A stretch of DNA of 64,000 nucleotides from Pseudomonadales bacterium (GCA_965221105.1 OZ244871.1:767673-831672), one strand, 5' to 3'. Numbered from the stretch's first letter, positions 1 through 10,200 are shown. Numbers and translations are program-made. Notes: generated by a model not told the origin, from the sequence alone.

Positions 1-1
1 C

Positions 2-1585
2 GATCCAGGACTGTTCGGCCCTTTATTCCGCTTCAATAGGGATTTCCACCAGTTGGATGAAAAAGGCCAGGCCATCGGCTACAAAAATCTGGATCAGATG
101 CATGAGCGCTTGCGGCCCATTATGCTGCGACGGCGTAAAGAGGAAGTCGAGGGAGAATTACCACCGCGCAGCGATCATCACTACTATGTTTCGATGTGTC
201 GTGAGCAGGAAGGGCTCTACGACGATCACTACAGAACAGTGGCACAACTGAGCAGCATTTCCAAAAGACGCCCCCTAACGAAAAAGGAACGCGACCTGCT
301 GATGCTGTCGCTGAGCTGTATGCGCATGACCTGCGACAGCGCCTATATCCTGGATCAGGAGCACCAGGCTTCACCCAAGCTTGATGAGCTGGAGCGTGTG
401 CTGGCAGAACTGCCAGACGCTTCCAAAAGCAAGGTTATCGTATTCTCAGAGTGGGAACGTATGCTGCGCCTGCTGGCAGATCGCTTGACCCGGGCAGGTA
501 TTGATTACGCCTGGCATACTGGCAGTCTTACTCAGAAAAAACGCCGCGAAGAGCTCAATCGCTTCAAGAATGATCAGGAATGCCGCCTGTTTCTGGCCAC
601 CGACTCCGCAGCAACCGGGCTCAACCTGCAAATCGCACGCGTGGTCGTCAACCTCGATTTGCCCTGGAATCCCGCCAAACTGGAACAGCGAATCGCCCGG
701 GCATGGCGCAAGCATCAGAAACATCCGGTCTCGGTGATCAATATGGTTTCAGAGAACACCATCGAACACCGCATGCTTGATGTACTGCGGCACAAGACTG
801 AACTCGCAGATGCAGTTGTCGACGGTGTCGGCGACATGCACGAGATGAAAATATCCGCTGGCCGTGGTGCGTTTATGGAGCGTCTCGACGGACTCCTGTC
901 CACCCCTGCACCGCCGCGTTCGGCGTTCCAGCAGATCACTGACAGTATCCTTTCCGACCATGGCGACAGGATCGAGCACCTTGAACAGCGCGGCAACACG
1001 ATACTCGCGGTGGCAGAAGACACAGAACCAACCCTCGCCAGTCAACTTCAGCAGCATGTCGACGAACACTCCCAGGATTCACCTCTGCAGTTGGAAATGC
1101 TCGACCGAGCAACATATGAAACCATGCAACGCCTTGCTGAAGCCGGGATCATAGAGTTTAAACAAGCTGCCACAGGTGATGTATATACTGCAAACAGCGA
1201 TCACCAAAAGGAATTGCGAGAACAAAAACATCGTGAAAATCTGATTCGGAAACACCTTGAAGAAGCACGAGAGAAAGATCGCATGGCCCGGCTACTGGCG
1301 AATGGCGGGTTTGTCCGCGAAGCGCTCGCGCCCCTAAACGAGGGCCTCGACAGCGCGCTCATGGCAGCGTCTGTGAAAGCTGGTGAACAGACTACCGCCC
1401 CCATCAGCATTGGCCAGGTCAGCCAACTTCAGACCACCTACCAATTGCCAGACCAGACATCGTCACTCATTGCCACTTTGCGATATGAGCAAGACAGTCT
1501 CAGCGAAACTGCAACAATGGGAATCTTGGCATCAGCGAGCACAGTGTTGGATACTCTCCAAACAGCCTTGCTGTGCTCCGATTAG
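2..1585 (+). CDS. SNF2/Rad54-family helicase, C-terminal part (5' end outside window)
   Basis: The frame is open from nt 2, with no stop before the TTG at 53. Helicase-C motifs are present (LATDSAATGLNLQ, DLPWNPAKLEQRIARAWRKHQ), followed by a long non-catalytic tail. Confidence 0.8.
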   Translation, partial: DPGLFGPLFRFNRDFHQLDEKGQAIGYKNLDQMHERLRPIMLRRRKEEVEGELPPRSDHHYYVSMCREQEGLYDDHYRTVAQLSSISKRRPLTKKERDLLMLSLSCMRMTCDSAYILDQEHQASPKLDELERVLAELPDASKSKVIVFSEWERMLRLLADRLTRAGIDYAWHTGSLTQKKRREELNRFKNDQECRLFLATDSAATGLNLQIARVVVNLDLPWNPAKLEQRIARAWRKHQKHPVSVINMVSENTIEHRMLDVLRHKTELADAVVDGVGDMHEMKISAGRGAFMERLDGLLSTPAPPRSAFQQITDSILSDHGDRIEHLEQRGNTILAVAEDTEPTLASQLQQHVDEHSQDSPLQLEMLDRATYETMQRLAEAGIIEFKQAATGDVYTANSDHQKELREQKHRENLIRKHLEEAREKDRMARLLANGGFVREALAPLNEGLDSALMAASVKAGEQTTAPISIGQVSQLQTTYQLPDQTSSLIATLRYEQDSLSETATMGILASASTVLDTLQTALLCSD

Positions 1586-1767
1586 TTCATGGATTTGCCC
1601 TTGAAACCACAGTGGCAGATACATACCTGGCGTTGGCAACGGATGACTCTGGTGGATAAGATCTGACCACCCTCACTCTTCTACCCGCACGTCGTCATGC
1701 ACCTAGGTGCCAACCCCTGGTTTGCAACACAAGGCATAGCGACTGAATGATGCCGGAGTATTGATGT

Positions 1768-2952
1768 TCACTCCCGATCATTCACGCTCTGTGGAGCAAG
1801 TCTCTCCATAAGTCTTCGCAATGAAATAACGTTCATGTCATCACCCACGGGAAATTCATCTTCACCACCATAGAGGATATATTTGTGTGACACACCAACA
1901 TCATCACAGGTTCTGCTGAAATTTTTTCTGAGTTTGGGCGCAACGCCATACTTGATCTCCAGGGCCCAAATTTCAGACGATGGCATTTTGATCACGAGAT
2001 CAATTTCCGCACCAGCTGCTGTCCGGTAAAAGTAGGTTTCTGACCGGCTGGGCAAGCTAGAATGGATATTTTCGATGACAAACCCTTCCCAGCTTTTTCC
2101 CAACACCGGATGGGACAGAAGCGCATCATGCGCATTGATCCCCAGCAACCGGTGCAGGATACCACTGTCGCGCACGTAAAAACGGGGGGATTTCACCAAA
2201 CGCTTCTTAACGTTTGCATGCCAGGGATCGAGGCGCCTGACCAACCAGAGGTCGGTTAGAACATCAATGTAATGACTGACTGTTTTGGCATCGACTTCCA
2301 GGTTTGAGGCAAGCTTGGAATAGTTGACAGTTTCACCCTGAAGATGCGCCAGCATCGTCCACAGCCGACGTAACCTCGCCGCAGGCACGCGAAAGCCCAT
2401 TTGGGGAACATCTCGTTCAAGGTATGTACGAATCAAATTTTCCAGCCAATCCATGGCCAGATCATCATCGGCAGCCAAATAACTGTCCGGAAAACCGCCC
2501 CTCAGCCACAAGGACTGCTTATTCGGTTGGCCGTCAACTTCAGTCAGGCTCAGGCCACTCATCTCAAGATAACTAATCCTGCCTGCGAGGCTTTCAGAGG
2601 ACTGCAACATCAAATCCATTGATGCTGACCCAAGCAGTAAAAACTGACCTGACCGACGCCCGCGCTCCCGGTTTTTATCGATCAGCCCCCGCAACACGGG
2701 GAACAGGTCGGGAACCCTCTGAATTTCATCCAGGATAACCAGTTTATCGGCATAAGCGCCTAAAAAACTGCCGGGATCACTGAGCTTGAGCAAATCCTCG
2801 GGGGCTTCCAAATCGAGATACATCGAATCGGTGCGCTTAGCAATGGTTTTAGCTAACGTGGTCTTGCCCACCTGACGTGCACCAAGCAGCACGACCGCAG
2901 GCACCCGTGCAATGGCTGATTGGAGTTTTTGGGTCATTTCACGCTGAATCAT
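1768..2952 (-). CDS. AAA+-type ATPase with DUF4143-like C-terminal region (COG1373-like)
   Basis: A Walker A motif (GARQVGKTTL) lies near the N-terminus and a Walker B-like LVILDEIQ follows. The overall layout is typical of the AAA_14/DUF4143 family. Confidence 0.75.
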   Translation of the reverse strand: MIQREMTQKLQSAIARVPAVVLLGARQVGKTTLAKTIAKRTDSMYLDLEAPEDLLKLSDPGSFLGAYADKLVILDEIQRVPDLFPVLRGLIDKNRERGRRSGQFLLLGSASMDLMLQSSESLAGRISYLEMSGLSLTEVDGQPNKQSLWLRGGFPDSYLAADDDLAMDWLENLIRTYLERDVPQMGFRVPAARLRRLWTMLAHLQGETVNYSKLASNLEVDAKTVSHYIDVLTDLWLVRRLDPWHANVKKRLVKSPRFYVRDSGILHRLLGINAHDALLSHPVLGKSWEGFVIENIHSSLPSRSETYFYRTAAGAEIDLVIKMPSSEIWALEIKYGVAPKLRKNFSRTCDDVGVSHKYILYGGEDEFPVGDDMNVISLRRLMERLAPQSVNDRE

Positions 2953-3099
2953 TCCTTGTATATTACGATATAGACTCCCGATTTACAAGGTAAATAGATC
3001 TTCATTTTTCTGTATCGCCATATCAGGCATTGGTCGATATCGCCCGCTACAAGCTCCCCGATAGCATGCTTGATTCCATTTTGCCCACATGGTATCGAT

Positions 3100-3275
3100 A
3101 CCTTCTGCTCTGCTACCCGTAATTCATACCATGAAAATACCCTGCTCAGAAATCTCTTCAAAATGCTCGAAAAAAACTACCGATTGAACACTGATACACA
3201 GCACGTCAGGCAACCTTCCGGACTATAACCTCCAGATGTATGCCTTCCTGCTCTATCCGATGGACTGCTGTCACC
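3100..3275. repeat. Imperfect non-coding repeat, copy A (pairs with about 5365-5533)
   Basis: ataccatgaaaataccctgctcagaaatctcttcaaaatgctcgaaaaaa...gattgaacactgatacacagcac aligns with 5387 onward. Roughly three quarters of positions match by eye, and the boundaries are approximate. Confidence 0.55.
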
Positions 3276-3292
3276 ACCTCTTCGGAAGGTTT

Positions 3293-3808
3293 TCATCTAT
3301 TTAGACCGTTTTCGCCCGCAAGTCTGGCGATTTCACTCACCAAGGCTGGTGCAATGCGGTATCCGATCTGTTCCAGATCAAGGACAACGGGCAGGACCTC
3401 ATCAATGAAACCATGCTTCTTCGCCGTGAGCAGGACACCCGCTATGCCTACAATGGGTATCCCTCTGCGTCTGGCAACAGCACGCCCCTTCCGCTCATCG
3501 ATAAACAGGAATCTGCATTTCACTTCTTCAGCCAGGGCAATCGCCTCTGCTTTACCGGGATCGAGTATGAGAATGAGTTCATTCAAGGTTGACGAGGTGC
3601 TGGCTGAAGGACTCCTGACTTGCAGCCATCCCTGTTCAAAGGCGCCGGCAAGTCGTTTCGACCCCGGACGCCCGGAACCCAGACACAACTCGGTTTGAAC
3701 AGCAGGAGGAATAATTATTTCCTCATACAACGTTCGCAGCAGTTGCAGATGCCTTCCCCTGGCCGATGCGATCAGTGGACCGGTATCTGCTACGACAATC
3801 CCTGTCAC
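3293..3808 (-). CDS. PIN-like (DUF3368-type) putative toxin
   Basis: The N-terminal VVADTGPLI...IIPPAVQTE pattern and the central FIDERKGR are typical of DUF3368/PIN-like proteins. The gene overlaps the upstream antitoxin gene by 4 nt. Confidence 0.7.
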   Translation of the reverse strand: MTGIVVADTGPLIASARGRHLQLLRTLYEEIIIPPAVQTELCLGSGRPGSKRLAGAFEQGWLQVRSPSASTSSTLNELILILDPGKAEAIALAEEVKCRFLFIDERKGRAVARRRGIPIVGIAGVLLTAKKHGFIDEVLPVVLDLEQIGYRIAPALVSEIARLAGENGLNR

Positions 3809-4149
3809 GATGCGGCTGCCAATTCATCATCAAGTTCTTCGATTGGATAATCCACCGCGTCGATACCCGCCTTGCCAAGGAGCTCTATGAATACCTCAAT
3901 ATCCAAATCCGCCACTCTTGCAGATTGCGCCAGAGTCAGCTGATGGGATCTAAAAAGGTGCACAGCCATTGACCTGTGAACACCGTAATTCAGCAGCAAT
4001 TGGTCAAACGGAATTGCCAGAATGGCGGGCTTCCCGTGTTTCGTTATTAGTGAAAGCCGTCCTGCCTCGGCATCCTTCAAGAGTTCGCCGGATCTGTTAC
4101 GAAGATCTCTGGCTGTGAATATATCGAATTGTTCCATAAGCAACTCCAT
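3805..4149 (-). CDS. Antitoxin, Phd/YefM-like N-terminus fused to a UPF0175-like C-terminus
   Basis: The N-terminus (FTARDLRNRSGELLKDAEAGRLSLITKHGKPAILAIP) is Phd/YefM-like. The C-terminus (LTLAQSARVADLDIEVFIELLGKAGI) is UPF0175-like. The 4-nt overlap with the PIN-like gene is typical TA operon geometry. Confidence 0.7.
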   Translation of the reverse strand: MELLMEQFDIFTARDLRNRSGELLKDAEAGRLSLITKHGKPAILAIPFDQLLLNYGVHRSMAVHLFRSHQLTLAQSARVADLDIEVFIELLGKAGIDAVDYPIEELDDELAAAS

Positions 4150-4346
4150 TTATTATGCCTACATATCGTAGCACAAATGTAAGGCCATCGCGCCGACTCG
4201 GGTTCGGGATAACGCATGCTTTCGGCTGTGCTCCGCAATAATTAATGCACGGCTTTCAGCGATGGAGAATACGTGACATTCGTATCATTGGTTGCTCTGT
4301 GGCATCATCGTTTCCAGTATGAACATCGTAACTACTCATTCGAGAG

Positions 4347-5117
4347 ATGGCACTGAGCAATCCACCCTGGGGTGAAAAACGCACCGCAAAAGAACTTCTC
4401 CCCATGCTCTGCATCCATGTGTCGCCCCGCATCGTACGACAATATATTCCAGACATTCCACCGTGCGTAACGCACGATCAACGCTGGTCAACCTTTGTAA
4501 GAAACCACGCCGACTCAAACATTGCCTGTGATTTCTTCACAGTAGTAACGATCACTTTCCAAATACGCTTTGTTTTTATCGTTATTGAGCATCGCACACG
4601 ACGTATTTTGCATTTTAGTGTGACGGCACACCCTACGGCTCCGCGGACATTGCACCAATTACGTGAAGCGATACCAGCCGGCCATCACTACCAATATCTT
4701 ATCCATGACCCTGATTGTATTTTTTTATCAGCACTGGATCAGTCCCTTGCCAACATGGGCGTGGAGGTATTGTTAACGCTCTATCGAGCTCCGCAAGCCA
4801 ATTGCATATGCGAGCGAGTGATAGGTGCTGTTCTGCGAGAATGCCTTGATTTCTTTATTCCACTCACCACCAGACACTTGCTGGGCACCTTGAAAACATG
4901 GGCGATCCATTACAATCGCGGCAGACCGCACGCTAGCATTGACCCTTCAATTCCTGACCCGCCAGATCATCTTCCGGCGAGTCCTCAAACTCGTCACCAC
5001 ATTATTCCGGAGCATTGGCAGACGCCAAAGCAATACCTATCTGAATGCACTCGAGAAACGCTTTGGCTGGTTGGCGGAAAATCCGAAATCAGGCACCCAC
5101 CGCACGGATGTTGCTGA
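4347..5117 (+). pseudogene. Decayed rve (integrase core, IS481/IS3-like) fragment
   Basis: The central DDE-integrase-core pattern is recognisable (DFFTV...ILHFSVTAHPTA...ERVIG...HYNRGRPHASI). There is no N-terminal HTH region, and a TAA stop lies a few codons upstream of the ATG. Family-conserved residues are altered and the 3' end runs into the ParE-like ORF. Confidence 0.6.
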
Positions 5118-5244
5118 AGGCTATTACAGTTTCCCCCGGGGAGAATATGTTGTCTTCCGCATGATGGGAGAGAAAGGCATAGATATAATCGGCATCCCGC
5201 ACAGGGAGATGAACATCATCGTCACTTATTGTCTACCTGACTGA
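4939..5244 (+). CDS. RelE/ParE-family toxin-like ORF, orphan (no antitoxin ORF upstream)
   Basis: The 101-aa ORF has a ParE-like C-terminal half (LAENPKSGTHRTDVAEGYYSFPRGEYVVFRMMGEKGIDIIGIPHREM). The position where parD would lie is occupied by the rve fragment. Confidence 0.5.
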   Translation: MTLQFLTRQIIFRRVLKLVTTLFRSIGRRQSNTYLNALEKRFGWLAENPKSGTHRTDVAEGYYSFPRGEYVVFRMMGEKGIDIIGIPHREMNIIVTYCLPD

Positions 5245-5364
5245 ACAATCGGGTGTAAGGTGATGTCCCTGCTATTGCCAACCAGTGCAAGACATTGCCT
5301 GCACCAGCGCCGGTCACTCCCACTCTATTGTAAATAAGCCTTTTTTATCTTTTATATTCAATGG

Positions 5365-5533
5365 CTTATTTTCCTGCTAAACGGTAATACCATGAAAAAT
5401 ACCATGCTCAGAAAATCCTTCAAAATGCTCGAAAAAATTGATGATTGAACACTGCCACACAGCACCCAAAGTCACCTTCCGCGCCTTAACTTCCAAGCGT
5501 ATCCCCCTAACTCTTCCCTATCTGACTGTTCAA
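5365..5533. repeat. Imperfect non-coding repeat, copy B (pairs with about 3100-3275)
   Basis: See copy A. Copy B starts about 40 nt after the end of the 1,040-bp repeat and precedes the HTH_17-like gene. Confidence 0.55.
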
Positions 5534-5744
5534 TTATGTACAATTCTGCCGTATCCTTGCCAAATTTACCATTATTAATGGTCCGCGATACCGGCACATG
5601 GTTAAGCATCCATGAAAGACGAGACTGGAGAGATATTCACCCTCGAAGAGGTGGCGTCCTACCTCAAGGTAGGCAAACGTACAGTCTATCGCTTGGCGGC
5701 AGCGAACAAAATTCCTGCATTTAAGGTCGGGGGGGCGTGGCGCT

Positions 5745-7129
5745 GAGTTATTGTCAAAAGTGGTGTTTGAGACACTGAATCAGGCGGCGACCTGGTTGTC
5801 TGCTGTCACCTCAATTCCGTCTTTGAACTTCACTCCCGTAATGACCTTCGCCAGGTAGTCGAAGCCTCGCAATCGGCGCCATCTGCCCTCAGCGCACATG
5901 CCCAGCTTGAACATCATATGCAACATGCCATCCCGGGTCAGGCAGCCCTTTGATCGCTTGGTGCGGTGGCGGATCGTGCCAAAGGTCGATTCGATCGGAT
6001 TGCTCGTCCGTATACTCTGCCAGTGCTGCGCCGGAAAATCATAGAAGGCCATGAGCTCATCCCTATCCTTCTCCAGACACAGGGCGGCCTTGGGGTACTT
6101 GGGCTCACAGGTCTCCAGGAACAGGTCGAACGCCCGCTCCGCATCCTCCCGCGTACTGGCCTGCCAGATCTCATGTAATGCCTGCTTGGCCTTCGGCTGG
6201 ACCGATGTGGGCAGGCCATTGAGCACATTCATGGTCTTGTGCATCCAGCACCGCTGTTGCCGGCTCTCTGGATAGACCTCCTCCAGCGCGGCCCAGAAGC
6301 CCATGGCACCATCGCCGATGGCCAGTTGGGGGACATTCATGCCTCGCGACTTCAGCCTCAAGAGCACCTCCCGCCAGCTCTGGGTCGATTCCCGAACCCC
6401 GTCCTCAATCGCCAGGAAGTGTTTCTCACCGCGCTCATTGACGCCAATAACCACCAGGGCGCAGAGCTTGGCTTGCTCAGCCCTGAGGCCGCTGTACACG
6501 CCATCGGCCCACACATACACCCAGCGATCCTTGTCCAGCGGCGCCTCGCGCCACGCCCGGTATTCCTGCGCCCAGCTGCGCTTTAACCGCGATACCGTGC
6601 TGGCTGACAAACCCTTGGCCTCCGGGCCAACCAGAACTTCCAGCGCAGCGCCCATCTCACCGGTCGACACACCCTTCAGATACAACCAGGGCACGGCCGC
6701 CTCCAGCGTTCTGGTTGTGCGCACATAGGGCGGCACCAGCGCCGAGTGGAAAGTGACCGGCGCACCATCCCTCGACCGCACCTTGGGAATCCGAACCCTC
6801 ACCGGTCCAAGACTGGTCTGTATCGCCCGCTCGGGTTGATACCCATTGCGCACGACCCTGAAGCGTCCGTCCGCCAGGCGCTGATCCTCATAGCCGGCAA
6901 CAAACGCCTCGGCTTCGGCAACCACAGCCTGATACAACAGCTGGTGGGCGCTGGTTCTCAACAACTCGGTCAATGGATCGGGAATCTCTGCTCGACCTGC
7001 AAGCTCAATAATATTACTCTTACTCATGGTGGCGTATCTCCTGTGTTGATTACTTTGTTTGCCAAAAACAAATCAACCAGATACGCCGCCTTTTTTCAAT
7101 GCCTCATACACCACATTCGGTTATAACTC
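5745..7129 (-). mobile_element. IS256-family insertion sequence (1,385 bp)
   Basis: A 9-bp direct repeat cgtggcgct flanks the element at 5736-5744 and 7130-7138. The imperfect terminal inverted repeats are gagttattgtcaaaagtggtgt and gagttataaccgaatgtggtgt (the latter shown as reverse complement). A single mutator-type transposase ORF lies inside. Confidence 0.85.
5780..7027 (-). CDS. IS256-family (mutator-type) transposase
   Basis: The 415-aa length, the N-terminal LLRTSAHQLLYQAVVAEAEAF and the central WADGVY...CWMHKTMNVL motifs are typical of IS256 transposases. Confidence 0.9.
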   Translation of the reverse strand: MSKSNIIELAGRAEIPDPLTELLRTSAHQLLYQAVVAEAEAFVAGYEDQRLADGRFRVVRNGYQPERAIQTSLGPVRVRIPKVRSRDGAPVTFHSALVPPYVRTTRTLEAAVPWLYLKGVSTGEMGAALEVLVGPEAKGLSASTVSRLKRSWAQEYRAWREAPLDKDRWVYVWADGVYSGLRAEQAKLCALVVIGVNERGEKHFLAIEDGVRESTQSWREVLLRLKSRGMNVPQLAIGDGAMGFWAALEEVYPESRQQRCWMHKTMNVLNGLPTSVQPKAKQALHEIWQASTREDAERAFDLFLETCEPKYPKAALCLEKDRDELMAFYDFPAQHWQSIRTSNPIESTFGTIRHRTKRSKGCLTRDGMLHMMFKLGMCAEGRWRRLRGFDYLAKVITGVKFKDGIEVTADNQVAA

Positions 7130-7294
7130 CGTGGCGCTTTTTACGTGCAGATATTGATGACTGGATCAGGCAACAGTCGAAAGTGAAAAACACAACGTAG
7201 AGAGTTGAACCGAATTGACAAAATCTCACCGCTACTACAGTAGGGTGGTGACATTACTGAGGAAATATATATTCATAAGCACGGATCCAAAGAG

Positions 7295-10200
7295 ATGCAA
7301 AATTCAGGGGCAGCACCGGAGCAAGGACAAATAGTTAAACTGCGCCATAAGATATGGGCGGTCACTGCAGTCAATAAAACCTCCGTTCAAGCAGGCAGTG
7401 CCATCCATAGGGTTGCCCTTGAATGCCTGAGTGATGATGCGCTCGGAGACGATATTCAAGTTATATGGGAACGAGAAATCACTCCCCACCTGATTGATTC
7501 AACATCCCTGCCAGACGTAACTGCTTACGACGAACCACAACTCTTCGATGCTTTTATACGGTCCCTTCAATGGGGGGCAAGTTCGCTGGCGGTGGGGGAT
7601 ATGCTGCAGGCCCCGTTTCGGGGTGGCGTACAAATGGAAGAGTATCAGCTTGCTCCCGTCATCCGGGCCACCAATATGCCCCGGGTGCGCCTCTTATTAG
7701 CTGACGATGTTGGCCTGGGTAAAACCATAGAAGCAGGCTTGGTCACCCAGGAGCTCATTCATAGCCACAGGGCCAGTCGAGCGCTGGTTATCTGCCCTGC
7801 GCATTTGAAGCTCAAATGGGTCGATGAGATGGCCGAGAAGTTTGGCCTCGAGTTCAAAATCATTGATCGGGATTCCGTCCTGAAAATGAGAAAGGAATAT
7901 GGCCCCAGTATTAACCCTTGGGCTAGTTTCCCGCGACTTATCACATCGATCGACTATCTAAAGACCGAACATCCTCGCCGTTTATTCGATGAATACACCC
8001 GCCGTCGGCGAGAGGAAAGCCCCAACAACCGCCCCTGGGATCTCCTAATTCTGGATGAAGCCCACAACGCGGCTCCGTCAGGCAAGAAACAATATATTCG
8101 TGACTCTGAGCGTACCTCACTGCTCCGGTCAATATCTGAGCAATTCGAGCACAAGATGTTTCTCACCGCGACACCGCACAATGGTTACCGCGAGAGTTTC
8201 ACAGGGTTATTGGAGATCTTGGACAACCTGCGTTTTTCACGTGGCACGGACCTCGACAAGGCTCAACTATCCGCCGTGACTGTTCGCCGATTAAAGCAGG
8301 ACATCTCAAATCCAGATGGCACTCCTCGCTTTCCTAAAAGGGTCATCCTTCCGCGTGACGAAATCAGTGACCCACAACTTTACGTCAAGCTGAATGGCGA
8401 TGAACAACAGCTGTTTGACTTGCTAAAAGCCTATACCGAAAGTCGCTTGAGTTCCGTCGATAAACGTTCCGAGCGGCCACTGCAGTTTATCCTGACCTTG
8501 CTGAAAAAACGGGCGTTGTCTTCCCCGTTAGCTCTCCGCGAGAGTCTTATAGTTCATACGCAAAATGCAGGCGTTAAAGATGAACTCGGCATTGGAGAAT
8601 CACTATTTAACAGCTTTGAGCAAAAGGAGGCCGAAGACTGGAGTGATGACGAGGAGAAAGAAGACAATCTCGAAGCAGCTACCAGCACAGCATCCAAACT
8701 CATAAGTGATCTAACCGACGAAGAAAAACGATTTCTGCAGGAAATGTATGAAATCGTCGATAAGCAGGTTTCTCACTTCTCGATTCAGGAGGACAGCAAG
8801 GCCACTGCGTTGGTCTCATGGATCGATAACAATCTACGGGTTGATGACGAGTGGAACGGCGAACGTGTCATTATATTCACCGAGTATAAACACACGCTCA
8901 ATTACCTTGAACGCGTGTTGGAAAAACACGGATACCTGGATGCCACACGCACCATTGTTGGCGGCATGAAAGACGGCGATCGCCAGCGAATTAACGATGA
9001 ATTTCAGGCTCCTAACAGCGAAACGGGTGTGCGAATTCTCCTCGCAACCGACGCCGCCTCGGAGGGTGCCGACTTTCAAAAATACTGCCGAAACCTGATT
9101 CACTACGAAATTCCATGGAATCCGATACGCCTGGAACAAAGAAACGGTCGAGTAGATCGTCATGGGCAAAAAGCGGACGAGGTCAGGATTCACCACTTCG
9201 TCTACAACAATCAAGAAGACTCTGAGTTTCTCAAACACATCGTCGACAAAGTTGAAACCATCAGAAATGACATTGGCAGCGTTGGCGCCCTAATTGCTGA
9301 AAATGTTCGGCGAAAAGCGCTTGGCCAGTCCGTCAATCTCGCGGCCATAGATGATGATGCGCGCAGAAAAATGGCGCAGGAAGAAATGACCATTGAAGCC
9401 CGAGAAAATGAAGGCGTGGCTCAAATGGTTGAGGCATTGAGCAAAGCACGATCTGCACTCGACATTTCTGATTCGAATCAGTTACAGCTATTGGATCAGG
9501 CGTTGCGATTGGAAGGCTGCTCTGATGCCATCAAACAGTTGGGTGATGACGAGTTCATTCTATTTCAGGTTCCCATCGCATGGACCGAATGCAAGACATA
9601 CCTCAGCTCAGATTACCTGCAGAAACGCCTATCGTTTAATCGCACCAAAGCCAGAGATGACGATGCAATAGGCATTGTCCATCTGGATCATCCATTGATG
9701 CGGCGAGCCATTTCCACTTTTCGTATTCAGATGTGGGGAACGCAGTCGTCCCGACAACACCTTAGCAGAGTCACCATTACAGAATCCGATACAGTCTCGT
9801 CCCCAGCCGTCATCGCCTGGGGGCGGCTTGTACTTTTGGGCCCAGAACACAATCGCCTACATGAAGGGCTGGTCAGGTGCCAACTCCTAATTCGCGATAA
9901 TGAATTGGTTGAACAGGAAATTTTGCGTCCGGAGGACGCAACCCCTTTCACTGGAGACATTGCCAATATCCAAGAGCTAATCCATCCCCAACTGGAAGCC
10001 GTTACAGAGAAACTTTCAACTACCGCCGACGCGCAAGCCAGCGTGCTGATCGATACCCTGAAAGAACGCGGCGAACTCGCTCGTAAACACGCCCAAAGCC
10101 TAGCAACAGAACGGATTACTGCCATTAGAAACGCCATCAAGGAATGGCAGAAACGCTCCGCTGATCTGCAGATGCAATTCGCGTTTGATGACGAAGAACA

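Larger units (their letters stand above)
4286..5325. repeat. 1,040-bp direct repeat, copy 1 (offset 23,358 nt from copy 2)
   Basis: This segment matches 27644-28683 at every position I compared, and the embedded 256-aa, 101-aa and 60-aa ORF translations are identical. Its last 12 nt (tcactcccactc, 5314-5325) equal the last 12 nt of guaA in copy 2. Confidence 0.9.
5612..7200 (+). pseudogene. Excisionase/MerR-type HTH (HTH_17-like) gene split by an IS256-family element
   Basis: The 5' part (5612-5744) encodes MKDETGEIFTLEEVASYLKVGKRTVYRLAAANKIPAFKVGGAWR. After removing the IS and one copy of the target duplication, the frame continues FLRADIDDWIRQQSKVKNTT to the stop at 7198-7200. Confidence 0.8.

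Noticed and set aside
1765-1785. The sequence ttcactcccgatc at the stop of the ATPase gene shares tcactccc with the guaA-end core and actcccgat with 2974-2983. I considered it as a possible third att site.
   Set aside because: The match is only 8-9 nt, which is expected by chance somewhere in 64 kb, and no flanking similarity supports it.
4286-5325. I considered whether the 1,040-bp repeat is itself an intact insertion sequence, which would make the cassette a composite transposon.
   Set aside because: The rve ORF lacks its N-terminal DNA-binding part and has a stop just upstream. The two ends show no terminal inverted repeats. The unit also contains a ParE-like ORF and the guaA 3' end, so it is not a discrete IS.
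5536-5724. A 62-aa ORF overlaps the 5' part of the split HTH gene.
   Set aside because: It is in a different frame from the clearly HTH_17-like reading frame, which reconstructs across the IS. It has no independent support.
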